A stretch of DNA of 64,000 nt from an uncultured Gammaproteobacteria bacterium (GTDB lineage Bacteria; Patescibacteriota; Patescibacteriia; PEXW01), in contig CAZAMC010000003.1 in the NCBI GenBank assembly GCA_964486505.1, positions 19,505-83,504 on the forward strand, written 5' to 3'. Positions within the stretch are counted from its first letter, which is position 1; each line of letters starts with the position of its first letter. Shown in pieces: positions 1-9,348 of the stretch. The notes below the pieces were generated by a model that did not search any database, was not told where the DNA came from, and was given only the letters and a program-made list of their open reading frames with translations. A program made the translations under genes and the position numbers.

Positions 1-214
1 GGCGATCGGAGAAGAGCGCCACCCCCCAGGCCACAAGAATGAAAGCAGCGTAAACAGCCATTCCACCCAGAAGCGGGGTGGCAACCGGCTGGATTTTTCG
101 GTCGGGAGCTGTCTCGGGTGCGTCTACAATGTTTCGCCGCCGCGCCCAGCGGATGACCAGGGGGGTGAGGCCAGCGGAGATGCCAAACGCGAGAATCGCG
201 GCCACGTAAATCAT
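1..214 (-). CDS. Partial (5' end only; runs off window) UDP-GlcNAc:undecaprenyl-phosphate GlcNAc-1-P transferase family (WecA/TagO/MraY-like)
   Basis: Manual reverse-complement translation gives MIYVAAILAFGISAGLTPLVIRWARRRNIVDAPETAPDRKIQPVATPLLGGMAVYAAF..., matching the WecA/TagO N-terminal motif VDxP..RK.H....P..GG..VYA. The frame stays open to position 1. The ATG at 212-214 overlaps the ruvX stop (ATGA). Confidence 0.5.
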   Translation of the reverse strand, partial: MIYVAAILAFGISAGLTPLVIRWARRRNIVDAPETAPDRKIQPVATPLLGGMAVYAAFILVAWGVALFSDR

Positions 215-606
215 TGCTGCAAGTCGAGGTGGGTTTGGAGAATCGCTACCGCCGCGCGCACGTCGTCCGGAACGTTCCGCTTGCCTGCATCCCGCAGCTC
301 CTGTTGCGCCCGTTGTGAGGTTAGCCGCTCGTCAACCAAAGCCACGGGGAGCTGAAGAACATTTGCCAGATCCGCTGCCACTTCCCGCACGCGGCTGGTT
401 TGCGCCGTGTCCTTTCCAGAAAGCCCCAGGGGTAAGCCGAGGACAATCCGATCAACATGCTCGGCTGCCACAACCTCCTGAATGACCGCAATGGCATGAG
501 GGAATGAACGAACTTCGTAGGCACGTAAAGGAAAGGCCCAATGGGTATCGGGGCTTATGGCCAGGCCTAAGCGCCGCTCACCCCAATCAATGGCCAGAAT
601 ACTCAT
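211..606 (-). CDS. ruvX: Holliday-junction resolvase-like / pre-16S rRNA nuclease YqgF (RuvX)
   Basis: 131 aa, MSILAIDWGERRLGLAISPD... fits the YqgF/RuvX fold motifs. It overlaps map by 4 nt. Confidence 0.75.
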   Translation of the reverse strand: MSILAIDWGERRLGLAISPDTHWAFPLRAYEVRSFPHAIAVIQEVVAAEHVDRIVLGLPLGLSGKDTAQTSRVREVAADLANVLQLPVALVDERLTSQRAQQELRDAGKRNVPDDVRAAVAILQTHLDLQQ

Positions 607-1349
607 AGGGCCGTTACTACTTCGGCACCCGTTGCCGTAACCACCAGCGTGTGCTCGTAGTGAGCTGCCAAGCTGTGGTCAGCGGTCTGCACGGTCCAGC
701 CGTCTGTCGCCGTAGTCACGTCGTAGTGCCCGGCGGTCACCATGGGCTCTACGGCAATGACTATGCCCTCTGGCAAAAGCGCGCCACTGCCTGGGGAGCC
801 GTAATTTGGAACTTTCGGATCCTCGTGCACGTGCTCACCCACACCGTGCCCCACTAGCGCCCGAACCACGCTAAACCCTTGCGCTTCCACGTACGTTTGC
901 ACTGCATGGCCAACGTCGCCCGTGCGGACTCCGGCTCGAATAACCTGGTGCGCAATCCAGAAGGCTTTCTCAGTAACTTCAATAAGACGCCGAGCCTTCC
1001 GACGAAGAGTGCCAACGCCCACCGTCACCGCTGCATCGGTAATGTAGCCCTTATAGCGCACGCCACAGTCCAAACCCACTACGTCCCCGTCAGCCAGCGG
1101 CTTGGCCGTGGGAATGCCGTGCACAACAGCGGTGTTGACGGAAACGCACAACGTCGCCGGAAAACCCTGGTACCCCTTGAAGGCGGGTTCGCCACCGGCT
1201 TCACGGATAGTTTTCTCCGCCAGAGCATCTAGGGCTAAAGGTGTTGCACCGGGGACCGCCGCGGCGGCTACGGCCGCAAGCGTGCGTGCCAAAATTGCCC
1301 CGCCTTCCCGGAGGGCAGCGAGGTCTTTCGCGGCCTTCAGAATGGTCAT
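603..1349 (-). CDS. map: Methionine aminopeptidase type I
   Basis: 248 aa with MetAP metal-ligand regions (HGIP..., D..D.., H..E..E). Its position after adk at the end of the spc cluster is canonical. Confidence 0.9.
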   Translation of the reverse strand: MTILKAAKDLAALREGGAILARTLAAVAAAAVPGATPLALDALAEKTIREAGGEPAFKGYQGFPATLCVSVNTAVVHGIPTAKPLADGDVVGLDCGVRYKGYITDAAVTVGVGTLRRKARRLIEVTEKAFWIAHQVIRAGVRTGDVGHAVQTYVEAQGFSVVRALVGHGVGEHVHEDPKVPNYGSPGSGALLPEGIVIAVEPMVTAGHYDVTTATDGWTVQTADHSLAAHYEHTLVVTATGAEVVTAL

Positions 1350-2026
1350 AGGTACGGGACTAGGGCTTGAAGAACTTCTCGAAAAACCCCCGAAATGGAC
1401 TGCTCGCCATCAACTTCGAGCAAGCGCCCATGCTCACGGTAAAAATCAGTAAGTTTTTCAATCCGGTCTGTGTACGTGTCGTAGCGCTTTTGGGCCAGCT
1501 CGGCGGTGTCATCTGACCGCTGGATCAACTGGCCCCCGCACACGGCACAGCGGTTCGCCTGGTACGCTGCGTCATTCGGATGGTAGACGTGCTGGTCAGC
1601 CGGGCAGAAGCGTCGCTTGCTCATTCGCTCAACCGCTTCACTCCGTGATACACGAATAGAAACGGCGAGGGGGGCGCGCATGTCAAAAACCTTCGTGAGC
1701 CGCTCAAGCTCTAGTGCTTGTGGCACCGAGAGCGGGAAGGCGTCAAAAACAAAACCGGTCTTCCGGTGCAGGCGCTGCAGCTCCCGTTCCACAAGCTGCA
1801 CAGCCACATTGTCGGGCTGAGGAATACCCGCGTCGTAGCGCGCCTTCACTTCATCGGCAAGGGCATCACCTCTGCCAGCGTGTTCACGGATTGCCCGAAT
1901 GAGGTCGCCGGTGGCGAGATGGTACAACGAAAAGCGCTCCGTGAGGAGCTCGGCTTGCGTACCCTTCCCCGATCCTGGCGGGCCAACGAGGACGAGGTTC
2001 AGCGGACGTGGGTGCGACGTGTGCAT
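1346..2026 (-). CDS. adk: Adenylate kinase with zinc lid
   Basis: P-loop GPPGSGKGTQAE; lid CPADQHVYH...CAVCGG. Confidence 0.9.
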   Translation of the reverse strand: MHTSHPRPLNLVLVGPPGSGKGTQAELLTERFSLYHLATGDLIRAIREHAGRGDALADEVKARYDAGIPQPDNVAVQLVERELQRLHRKTGFVFDAFPLSVPQALELERLTKVFDMRAPLAVSIRVSRSEAVERMSKRRFCPADQHVYHPNDAAYQANRCAVCGGQLIQRSDDTAELAQKRYDTYTDRIEKLTDFYREHGRLLEVDGEQSISGVFREVLQALVPYL

Positions 2027-2162
2027 GACTGTGACGTGGGTACTATACCAGGCTGCGCTGAAACTGGAAGAGGACCAGGCGTATGAGTAGAGAGTGAGGA
2101 GTGAGACTTACGGCCCAGGCCCTCACTCGGCACCCATACGCACCACGCGGCACATGCCGCTC

Positions 2163-3452
2163 CTATTTGTAAAACGCTTCGTAATCCCGCATAACCAGCT
2201 GCGCTTGCACTTGCTTCACGCTCTCCAACACCACGGATACAACGATGAGGAGGCTGGTGCCTCCAATGGCCAGATTCTGCGCGCTCGTGGCTTGCTGCAT
2301 GACTGTGGGGAGCACCGCAATGACACCCAGGAAGAGTGCCCCACCCAAGATGATGCGATTCGAAACGAAACTCAAGTAGTGAGCCGTCGGTTCACCAGGC
2401 CGGATCCCAGGAATGAACCCGCCCTGCTTCTGCAGGTTCTCGGCAATCTTTCGGGGTTGGAAGACCACTGCCGTGTAGAAATACGTAAAGGCCACCACGA
2501 GGACGAAATACGCAGCGCCGTAGAACGTCTGATTCTGGAAAGTATCCCGCACCCACACGGCGGTATTCGCGAGCCAAGGAATGGGGCTAGCGGTAAAGAA
2601 CTGCGCGATGAGCGGCGGCACGAGGATTATGGAGACGGCGAAGATGATGGGAATAACCCCAGCCTGGTTTACCCGAAGGGGCAAGTGGGTGTTCACGCCA
2701 GCGCCCCCGACGGCCTGCGTACCAATCAACCGCTTGGCATAGGTAACGGGAATATTCCGCTGGCCTTCTGTAACAAAGACCACCCCGGCAATAGTAATCG
2801 CCCCAATGGCCAAGAATGCCACGATGGTGAATAGCATAGAGGGGTCATAGGTGGCCACGAACTGCTGCACCGAGCTGGGCAGCTGGGCGATGATCCCCGC
2901 GAAGATGAGCAGGGAAATACCGTTGCCAACTTTCTTCTCATTGATGATCTCGCCAATCCACATGAGAAGCATGGTCCCGCCTACCACCGCTGCAATGGCG
3001 GTAATTGTTTGGAACGTGGTCAGAGAACCAAGAATCTCGGCTGCACCTTGCCGCTTGAGGAAGATGAGCGTGCTGTACCCCTGCAGGATGGCGAGGGGAA
3101 CGGTGAGCACTCGCGTGTACTGGTTAATGCGGTTCTGCCCTTGCTCACCCTCTTTCTGGATGGCCTCTAACCGTGGAATAACCATGGTCAAGAGCTGCAT
3201 GATGATGGACGCAGTAATGTACGGACCAACGCCGAGCATGACAATAGAGAAGTTCTGCAGGCCACCACCGGAGAACAGATTGAGCAGGCCGAGGAGCTGG
3301 TTCCCTTGCAGCACGCGCTGCAAACCGGTGGGGTCTACGCCCGGAATTGGGATGTGGGCCAGAATGCGAAACACCACGAGCATCGCCAAAACAAAGAGAA
3401 GCGTGTTTCGGAGTTCACGCGCGCGCCAGAGCTGACGTAGCCGCTCGATCAT
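2163..3452 (-). CDS. secY: Preprotein translocase subunit SecY
   Basis: 429 aa multi-TM protein with SecY signature segments, sitting between rplO and adk. Confidence 0.95.
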   Translation of the reverse strand: MIERLRQLWRARELRNTLLFVLAMLVVFRILAHIPIPGVDPTGLQRVLQGNQLLGLLNLFSGGGLQNFSIVMLGVGPYITASIIMQLLTMVIPRLEAIQKEGEQGQNRINQYTRVLTVPLAILQGYSTLIFLKRQGAAEILGSLTTFQTITAIAAVVGGTMLLMWIGEIINEKKVGNGISLLIFAGIIAQLPSSVQQFVATYDPSMLFTIVAFLAIGAITIAGVVFVTEGQRNIPVTYAKRLIGTQAVGGAGVNTHLPLRVNQAGVIPIIFAVSIILVPPLIAQFFTASPIPWLANTAVWVRDTFQNQTFYGAAYFVLVVAFTYFYTAVVFQPRKIAENLQKQGGFIPGIRPGEPTAHYLSFVSNRIILGGALFLGVIAVLPTVMQQATSAQNLAIGGTSLLIVVSVVLESVKQVQAQLVMRDYEAFYK

Positions 3453-3946
3453 TGCTGTTGAGCTTGCCGCTTAGCCAACTGCCGTGCAGGCAGCGGCTGC
3501 TGCGGAACGGCGAGAGTAAACGTCTTGCCACCGGCCTTCTCAATGGCCGCTTTCGCTGTCGCTGAGAAAGCGTGAGCATGTACTTCCAGGGCAACGTTGA
3601 GCGTCCCCAGCGCCAAAATTTTCACGTAGGCAGCAGACGGAATGAGGCGCTTCTGCAAAAGCTTGGCGGGGGTTACAATCGCGCCCGCCGGGAAAACTGC
3701 CAGCTGCCCAACATTTACAACAGCTGCCTTGTCATGCTGGCTTAAAAAACCACGCGACTTGGGGAGCTGGAGCAACATTTGCTTCAATCCCCGCTTTCGA
3801 CCGTGCTTCCGGCCGCCGCTGCGCGCGCGTTGACCTTTAATGCCGCGGCCGCTAAATGCGCCATGCCCGGAAGCATTCCCACGGCCAACACGAACCGAGC
3901 GAGAGGTGCTACCAGCAGTAGGTTTGAGAGTGTGGAGGTGAGACAT
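3449..3946 (-). CDS. rplO: 50S ribosomal protein L15
   Basis: GRGNASGHGAFSGRGIKGQRARSGG motif. It follows rpsE directly, with no rpmD between. Confidence 0.9.
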   Translation of the reverse strand: MSHLHTLKPTAGSTSRSVRVGRGNASGHGAFSGRGIKGQRARSGGRKHGRKRGLKQMLLQLPKSRGFLSQHDKAAVVNVGQLAVFPAGAIVTPAKLLQKRLIPSAAYVKILALGTLNVALEVHAHAFSATAKAAIEKAGGKTFTLAVPQQPLPARQLAKRQAQQQ

Positions 3947-3951
3947 GGAAT

Positions 3952-4470
3952 TTAGGTAGAAGCAGCGGAGGTAGTTGCACGCTTCTTCCGCGGCTGCAGC
4001 TGACTGAGCGCCAAAAGCACGGCGCGAACATTATTAATCTTGTTCTTCGAACCAAGCATCTTGCTCACCACGTCCTTAATGCCAGCTAGGTCGAGCACAG
4101 CACGAGCGGCACCACCGGCAATAACCCCCGAGCCAGTTGGGGCGGGCTTCAGGAGGACGCGAGCCGCGCGGAATTTCACATTGACGGCGTGAGGAATTGT
4201 CCCCCGCTCCGTTACCACGGTGATGAGCCGCTTTTTCGCGGCGGTCACCGCCTTCTCAACCGAGCCTTGCACATCGGCGCCCTTGGCCAACCCCATGGCC
4301 ACGCGGCCCTTTCGGTCACCAATGACGACGCACGCTCGGAAGCGCATGCGCTTACCGCCGGCGACAACGCGTGTCACGCGGGAGAGGTCAATAGTCTTTT
4401 GATCAAATTCCGACTTCTCGCGGGGTTTGCGATCGCGACGGGGTCCGGATTGAAGGCGTCCTGGAGGCAT
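3952..4470 (-). CDS. rpsE: 30S ribosomal protein S5
   Basis: VTRVVAGGKRMRFRACVVIGD...GLAKGADVQ S5 signature. Confidence 0.9.
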   Translation of the reverse strand: MPPGRLQSGPRRDRKPREKSEFDQKTIDLSRVTRVVAGGKRMRFRACVVIGDRKGRVAMGLAKGADVQGSVEKAVTAAKKRLITVVTERGTIPHAVNVKFRAARVLLKPAPTGSGVIAGGAARAVLDLAGIKDVVSKMLGSKNKINNVRAVLLALSQLQPRKKRATTSAAST

Positions 4471-4479
4471 AGGGTGAGT

Positions 4480-4854
4480 TTAGAACTGAAGACCGCCAGC
4501 CCGAGCGCCATCCGCAAGGGCGCGAACGCGGCCATGGTAACGGTAACCAGCAGTATCGAAGACAACTTTAGAAATTTTCTTGGTCTTGGCGCGTTCGGCA
4601 AGCAACTTTCCAACGGCCGTAGCGACGGCTACTTTGCGCGTTTCTTCCTTGGACGCTTTGGGGAGGTTGCTCAAGTGCTTGTCCGAAACGGCGAGGATGG
4701 TTTTCCCCGCAGCGTCATCAACGAGCTGACAGCTAATGTGCTTCGCGCTGCGAAAAACCACAAGGCGAGGGCGATCAGCCAAACCCGTCACGCGGCTACG
4801 CACGCGGCGGTGGCGCTGAAGTCGGCGGGCGGAGCGAGAAGAGGTAATAGTCAT
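4480..4854 (-). CDS. rplR: 50S ribosomal protein L18
   Basis: [14 protein letters not shown]...[20 protein letters not shown]. Confidence 0.9.
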   Translation of the reverse strand: MTITSSRSARRLQRHRRVRSRVTGLADRPRLVVFRSAKHISCQLVDDAAGKTILAVSDKHLSNLPKASKEETRKVAVATAVGKLLAERAKTKKISKVVFDTAGYRYHGRVRALADGARAGGLQF

Positions 4855-4861
4855 AAGGATG

Positions 4862-5413
4862 CTACTTGGCGCCAGCGGCCTTCACGACCTTTCCGGCTTT
4901 TCGGCGGATGACTTCCCCAGCGTACTTAATCCCCTTACCCTTGTACGGTTCCGGTGGTTTGAGGCGACGAATGGTAGCCGCGGTTTCACCCACGCGCTGC
5001 TTATCTGCGCCTGTAACGATGATAGCATTTTTCTCCACCGCTAACGTGATACCCGCTGGCGGTGCAAAGGTAATGGGGTGCGAGAAACCGAGGGCCAGTT
5101 CCAAAGCCGTACCCTTGAGAATGGCCTTGAAACCAACACCCGTGAGTTCGAGGCGCTTTTCAAAACCTTTCGTTACGCCCTCCACGGCGTTCGCCAACAG
5201 CTGGCGGCTGAGGCCCCACAGGGCACGGTCGTTGCGGTTGTTCGGGGATGGCACTGTGACAACCAGGTTCTGTGCATCCACAGCCACGTTGACGCGGTGG
5301 TGGAGACGCATTTCAAGTTCTCCCTTTGGGCCTTTTACCGAAACGTCAGGCGCTTTCACGTTCACCGTGACGCCGGCAGGGATTGCAATGGGAAGTTTAC
5401 CAATACGCGACAT
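4862..5413 (-). CDS. rplF: 50S ribosomal protein L6
   Basis: Start set at the internal [15 protein letters not shown] (cat at 5411-5413), 5 nt after the rpsH stop. The ORF-track 5' extension to 5515 was rejected. Confidence 0.9.
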   Translation of the reverse strand: MSRIGKLPIAIPAGVTVNVKAPDVSVKGPKGELEMRLHHRVNVAVDAQNLVVTVPSPNNRNDRALWGLSRQLLANAVEGVTKGFEKRLELTGVGFKAILKGTALELALGFSHPITFAPPAGITLAVEKNAIIVTGADKQRVGETAATIRRLKPPEPYKGKGIKYAGEVIRRKAGKVVKAAGAK

Positions 5414-5417
5414 AAGA

Positions 5418-5801
5418 TTAGGCAACAGTGCAGAGGAGCTCGCCACCAACGTGGGCTTTCCGAGCTTCACGGTCAGTGATGACACCTTTTGGAGTAGAGA
5501 GGATGGCCATACCAATCCCGTTCTTCACCCGCGGAATTGCGCCAGCCGACACGTATACCCGCCGACCGGGCTTTGACTCACGCGTTACCTGCTGGACAAA
5601 AGACGTGCCATCCGGGTTGTACTTGAGCGTCACGGTAAACGTCCGCTGGTCGGGAGAAGGAATGGCCGCTGCCAAGTAGAGCTCGCGGACAAGAATAGTA
5701 GCGATAGAAAATCGCATTTTCGAGTACGGGATGGTGACGGTCCGGTGTCGGGCAAGGCCCGCATTCCGGATCCGCGTGAGCATGTCAGCAATTGGGTCCA
5801 T
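5418..5801 (-). CDS. rpsH: 30S ribosomal protein S8
   Basis: MDPIADMLTRIRNAGLARH... Confidence 0.9.
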   Translation of the reverse strand: MDPIADMLTRIRNAGLARHRTVTIPYSKMRFSIATILVRELYLAAAIPSPDQRTFTVTLKYNPDGTSFVQQVTRESKPGRRVYVSAGAIPRVKNGIGMAILSTPKGVITDREARKAHVGGELLCTVA

Positions 5802-5817
5802 AGGGAATCAGTATGAG

Positions 5818-6003
5818 TTACCAGCTTGCCTTACGGAGGCCGGGCACGTCGCCCTTGTTCGCCAGCTCCCGCAAGCAAATACGACAGAGATTAAACTTCC
5901 GCATGTAGCCACGGCTCCGACCACAGCGCCAGCACCGACGAACGATGCGCGTGCTGTACTTCGGCCGGCGGTTCGATTTCGCAATTTGTCCGGTAGTTGC
6001 CAT
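5818..6003 (-). CDS. rpsZ: 30S ribosomal protein S14 type Z (zinc-binding)
   Basis: 61 aa, [20 protein letters not shown]. Confidence 0.9.
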   Translation of the reverse strand: MATTGQIAKSNRRPKYSTRIVRRCWRCGRSRGYMRKFNLCRICLRELANKGDVPGLRKASW

Positions 6004-6009
6004 AGGTCG

Positions 6010-6630
6010 TTAGTTCTTCGCCTTCTTCGGGGCGTCTTTGGAAGGGCGGGTGGGGAATTGCTCCTCCTGTTCGCCGCTCGCCCGGAATGGGAAGCCGAGG
6101 TGTTCCATGAGTAGGCGACCGGCTTTGGCATTCTCGGCCGTCATGGCAATGACGACCTCCAAACCGTGCAGTTTTTCCACTTCATCAGATCGAATCTCCG
6201 GGAAGGCCAGGTGTTCTTTAAATCCCAAGGTGTAGTTCCCCTGGCCATCAAAGGCGGTGGGGGAAATGCCGCGGAAGTCACGGACACGCGGGAGAGCAGC
6301 GTTAATGAGCTTATCGAGGAACTCGTACATGCGGCGACCGCGGAGTGTCACTTTTGCACCGATAGCCATCCCCTGCCGAATCTTGAAAGCAGAAACGGAC
6401 TTCTTCGCTTTGGTGAGTACGGGCTTCTGGCCGGTAATACGCGTCAACGTGGACACAACCGCTTCTTGGAGTTTTGGATCTTTAATACCATTTCCAAAGC
6501 CAACGTTGATGACCACTTTCGTTACCCGTGGAACTGCGTGCGGGTTGGTGGTACCCAAGGCTTTTTCCAAAGCGGGAATCACTTGGGTGCGGTACTTACC
6601 GAGAAGTCGTGGAAATGTGGGAGCGGTCAT
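6010..6630 (-). CDS. rplE: 50S ribosomal protein L5 (with basic/acidic C-terminal tail)
   Basis: Start at MTAPTFPRLLGKY (ATGA overlap with rplX at 6627-6630). L5 core KVVINVGFG...; extra C-terminal ~30 aa ...QEEQFPTRPSKDAPKKAKN. Confidence 0.9.
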   Translation of the reverse strand: MTAPTFPRLLGKYRTQVIPALEKALGTTNPHAVPRVTKVVINVGFGNGIKDPKLQEAVVSTLTRITGQKPVLTKAKKSVSAFKIRQGMAIGAKVTLRGRRMYEFLDKLINAALPRVRDFRGISPTAFDGQGNYTLGFKEHLAFPEIRSDEVEKLHGLEVVIAMTAENAKAGRLLMEHLGFPFRASGEQEEQFPTRPSKDAPKKAKN

Positions 6631-6941
6631 ACGCGGAAGGGAGTTTGGCAGGAAGCGCACACGCGTTGCTTCTGGCCGTCGGCACCAATCTGATTCTTCA
6701 AGCGACGGGGCTTGCTGCACTTTTCACAGTAGAGCGCAACATTTGATGCTGGGAGGGGCGCGAAAAAGGTAATCTTCTGGCCCTTTTCGGTGCTGCGGCG
6801 CGTCCGGATGTGGCGCGTGCGCTCGTTTACCCCTTCAAGGACCACAAGCTGCTTCACCGGGAAAACCTGCATGACCTTCCCCTTCTTCCCGCGCTCGCGG
6901 CCGCGGATGACCATCGCATTGTCGCCAGTCTTCAAGTGCAT
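6627..6941 (-). CDS. rplX: 50S ribosomal protein L24 with C-terminal C4 zinc-ribbon extension
   Basis: KOW domain AMVIRGRERGKKGKVMQV..., then YCEKCSKPRRL...RVCASCQTPF (CxxC-N18-CxxC). Confidence 0.85.
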   Translation of the reverse strand: MHLKTGDNAMVIRGRERGKKGKVMQVFPVKQLVVLEGVNERTRHIRTRRSTEKGQKITFFAPLPASNVALYCEKCSKPRRLKNQIGADGQKQRVCASCQTPFRV

Positions 6942-6945
6942 ACGG

Positions 6946-7317
6946 CTAGAGAACTTCAGGAGCGAGGGAGATGAGCTTCGTGAACCCGCGGGCTTTCAAC
7001 TCGCGTGCCACCGGACCGAAAATGCGCGTGCCTTTTGGTTCCTTAGACTTCTGGTCAACAATGACCGCTGCATTATCGTCGAAACGAATGTAGGTTCCGT
7101 CTGCCCGTCGCGTTTCCTTGCGCTGGCGGACAATAACCGCGTGGTGGACTTCACTCTTCTTCACCGCGGCATGCGGAATGGCAACTTTCACAACCACGCG
7201 GACGATGTCCCCAATACGGGCGTACCGCTTCTTGTACCCACCGAGCACGGTAATGAGCTCGAGCTCACGTGCGCCGGTGTTGTCTGCTGCCGTTAATCGT
7301 GATCGAAGTTGCACCAT
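6946..7317 (-). CDS. rplN: 50S ribosomal protein L14
   Basis: [27 protein letters not shown]... Confidence 0.9.
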   Translation of the reverse strand: MVQLRSRLTAADNTGARELELITVLGGYKKRYARIGDIVRVVVKVAIPHAAVKKSEVHHAVIVRQRKETRRADGTYIRFDDNAAVIVDQKSKEPKGTRIFGPVARELKARGFTKLISLAPEVL

Positions 7318-7323
7318 AGGAAG

Positions 7324-7563
7324 TTAGGGCAGGATGCGCCAACGCTTGGAACGGGAAATTGGCCGGCACTCCACGAAATTCACCTTCTGTCCAACAGCGT
7401 ACGAGCCGGTCGGAGCGTGCACGGCGTACTTCCGGCTCACGCGGTAGCGCTTGCCGTACTTCGGGTGCACAATGACACGGTCAACCCGTACAACCACCGT
7501 CTTCGCCATCTTGGTGGAAACGACGGTGCCAGTAAACGTGCGGGGATTTGGAGTGGTAGCCAT
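7324..7563 (-). CDS. rpsQ: 30S ribosomal protein S17
   Basis: TFTGTVVSTKMAKTVVVRVDR... Confidence 0.9.
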   Translation of the reverse strand: MATTPNPRTFTGTVVSTKMAKTVVVRVDRVIVHPKYGKRYRVSRKYAVHAPTGSYAVGQKVNFVECRPISRSKRWRILP

Positions 7564-7572
7564 AGAGAAGAA

Positions 7573-7809
7573 TTACGCCTTGCTGGCAGACTTCGCCACT
7601 GGTGGCGTTACCACGGGTGACGAGTTTGCTGGTGTAGAGAGGAGGGTAAGAATACGCGCAATCACTTTGCGAACCTCGCGGATCTCCCGAACATCTTTGT
7701 GGGCGTCTTGCGAGACTCGAAAGCGCAGGTCGCGCAGGCGCTCACGCCCTTCGGCGAGGAGTGTGCGGAGTTCGGCTGGAGTCTTCTGCTTGAGGTCTTT
7801 GAGTTCCAT
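7573..7809 (-). CDS. rpmC: 50S ribosomal protein L29 (C-terminal extension)
   Basis: MELKDLKQKTPAELRTLLAEGRERL... Confidence 0.85.
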   Translation of the reverse strand: MELKDLKQKTPAELRTLLAEGRERLRDLRFRVSQDAHKDVREIREVRKVIARILTLLSTPANSSPVVTPPVAKSASKA

Positions 7810-7815
7810 AGGAGC

Positions 7816-8232
7816 TTACTGGGTCTGAGCCTTTGTGACAAATTTCGTCTTCACCGAGAGCTTGTACGCGGCGAGCTGCATTGACTGGCGGGCAGTGGCT
7901 TCTGGAATACCATCCACTTCAAACATAATCGTGCCAGGCTTAATGGGCGCAACGTAGTGGTCCACTGGACCCTTGCCGCCACCCATACGGATTTCTGAAC
8001 CTTTAATCGTAACGGGCTTGTCCGGAAATATGCGGATCCACACCTTACCACCCCGATGCAAGAAACGGGTAATGGCGCGCCGAGCCGCTTCGATTTGCCG
8101 CGCAGAGATCCAGCCAGACTCTGTGGCCTTCAAACCGTACGCGCCGAAACTGACGCGGAGTTTCTGCGTGGCATTCCCACGGATATGCCCGCGGTGGTGC
8201 TTTCGGTGCTTGACTTTCTTCGGCGTGAACAT
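7816..8232 (-). CDS. rplP: 50S ribosomal protein L16
   Basis: MFTPKKVKHRKHHRGHIRG... Confidence 0.9.
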   Translation of the reverse strand: MFTPKKVKHRKHHRGHIRGNATQKLRVSFGAYGLKATESGWISARQIEAARRAITRFLHRGGKVWIRIFPDKPVTIKGSEIRMGGGKGPVDHYVAPIKPGTIMFEVDGIPEATARQSMQLAAYKLSVKTKFVTKAQTQ

Positions 8233-8238
8233 AGGGAG

Positions 8239-8889
8239 TTAATTTGCTTCTTCTTTCTTACGGAATACGTCGCCCCGGTAAATCCAAGCCTTCACCCCAA
8301 TGGCGCCGTACGTGGTGAATGCTGCGCCGCGGGCAAAATCGACATCAGCGCGCAACGTTTGGAGCGGGAGCTTCCCCCACGTGAGCTGTTCAGTGCGGGC
8401 GATGTCTGCACCGTTCAAACGACCAGCAACCATCACTTTCACGCCCTGGCCGCCCGCTTTCTTCACCTGCTCGACCGACTGCTTAAGAATCCGACGGAAG
8501 GGCAAGCGCTTCTCAAGCTGTTCAATCATATTCTGGACCACCAGCTGAGCCACAAGGGAGGGATTTGCAACTTCCTGAATATTGAGCTTGAACTTCGTCT
8601 TCGGGGGGACGTACTTCAACAGAGCGGCCTTCAAGTCTTCCACGCCCGCTCCCCCCCGACCGATCACAATGCCGGGCTTCGCCGTAATGATTGTTACCAC
8701 CACCGCATTCCCCGAGCGCTCTATCTCAATGCGAGCAACGCCAGCATTCCGCAACTTCTTGCGTAAGAACGATTTCACTTCCAAGTCTTGCTTCAGCGTT
8801 TGGTGAAAGCTGCGCTTGGAATACCACTTCGACGACCATTCGGTCGTAATGCCAAGGCGGTGAGCGATAGGGTGAACTTTGTGTCCCAT
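8239..8889 (-). CDS. rpsC: 30S ribosomal protein S3
   Basis: MGHKVHPIAHRLGITTEWSSKWY..., KH domain. Confidence 0.9.
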   Translation of the reverse strand: MGHKVHPIAHRLGITTEWSSKWYSKRSFHQTLKQDLEVKSFLRKKLRNAGVARIEIERSGNAVVVTIITAKPGIVIGRGGAGVEDLKAALLKYVPPKTKFKLNIQEVANPSLVAQLVVQNMIEQLEKRLPFRRILKQSVEQVKKAGGQGVKVMVAGRLNGADIARTEQLTWGKLPLQTLRADVDFARGAAFTTYGAIGVKAWIYRGDVFRKKEEAN

Positions 8890-8898
8890 AGAAGTAAG

Positions 8899-9342
8899 CT
8901 AGGCGGCTGGCTTCGGTGAAGGAGAAGAGGTCTTGGGCGGCTCGGCGTGCTTTGTGTCCTTTTTCTCCGTTGGCTTCGTGACGGACTTCTTCACGGCTGA
9001 GGCCTTGGGGGTATGCGTATCCAGGGTGAGGGTAATGTGAGAGGCATGCTTGAGAATGGTGGTGGCGCGGCCTTGGGCGTGCGGCATGAAGCGCTTCAGA
9101 CGTGGAGCCATATCAACGGTAATCGCGCTGATGCGCAGGTGCGCGGGGTTCTCTTTCCCTTTCGTTTTGGCGTTAGCCACTGCGGACTTCAGCAAGGTGA
9201 GGAGGGACGCGGCGCTCCCCTTCGGCAAGTGCGTCAAAATGGTGACGGCTTCTTCCACGGCTTTCCCGCGCAGGAGGTCCGCCACTAAGCGAACCTTGCG
9301 GGGGGAAATGCGGATATTTCGAAGGGTTGCAGACGTTACCAT
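8899..9342 (-). CDS. rplV: 50S ribosomal protein L22 (Lys/Pro-rich C-terminal tail)
   Basis: ATLRNIRISPRKVRLVADLLRGK... Confidence 0.9.
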   Translation of the reverse strand: MVTSATLRNIRISPRKVRLVADLLRGKAVEEAVTILTHLPKGSAASLLTLLKSAVANAKTKGKENPAHLRISAITVDMAPRLKRFMPHAQGRATTILKHASHITLTLDTHTPKASAVKKSVTKPTEKKDTKHAEPPKTSSPSPKPAA

Positions 9343-9348
9343 ACAACG

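Noticed and set aside
2094-2834. 246-aa plus-strand ORF antisense to secY, and similar long antisense or alternate-frame ORFs opposite rpsS/rplB (9494-10102), fusA (14067-15017, 15579-16223), rpsG/rpsL (16329-17225), ndk (24072-24737), clpC (58193-59083), pilC (40681-41568) and others
   Set aside because: High GC content produces long stop-free antisense frames. They overlap well-supported conserved genes entirely, have no family resemblance, and have no plausible promoter or RBS.
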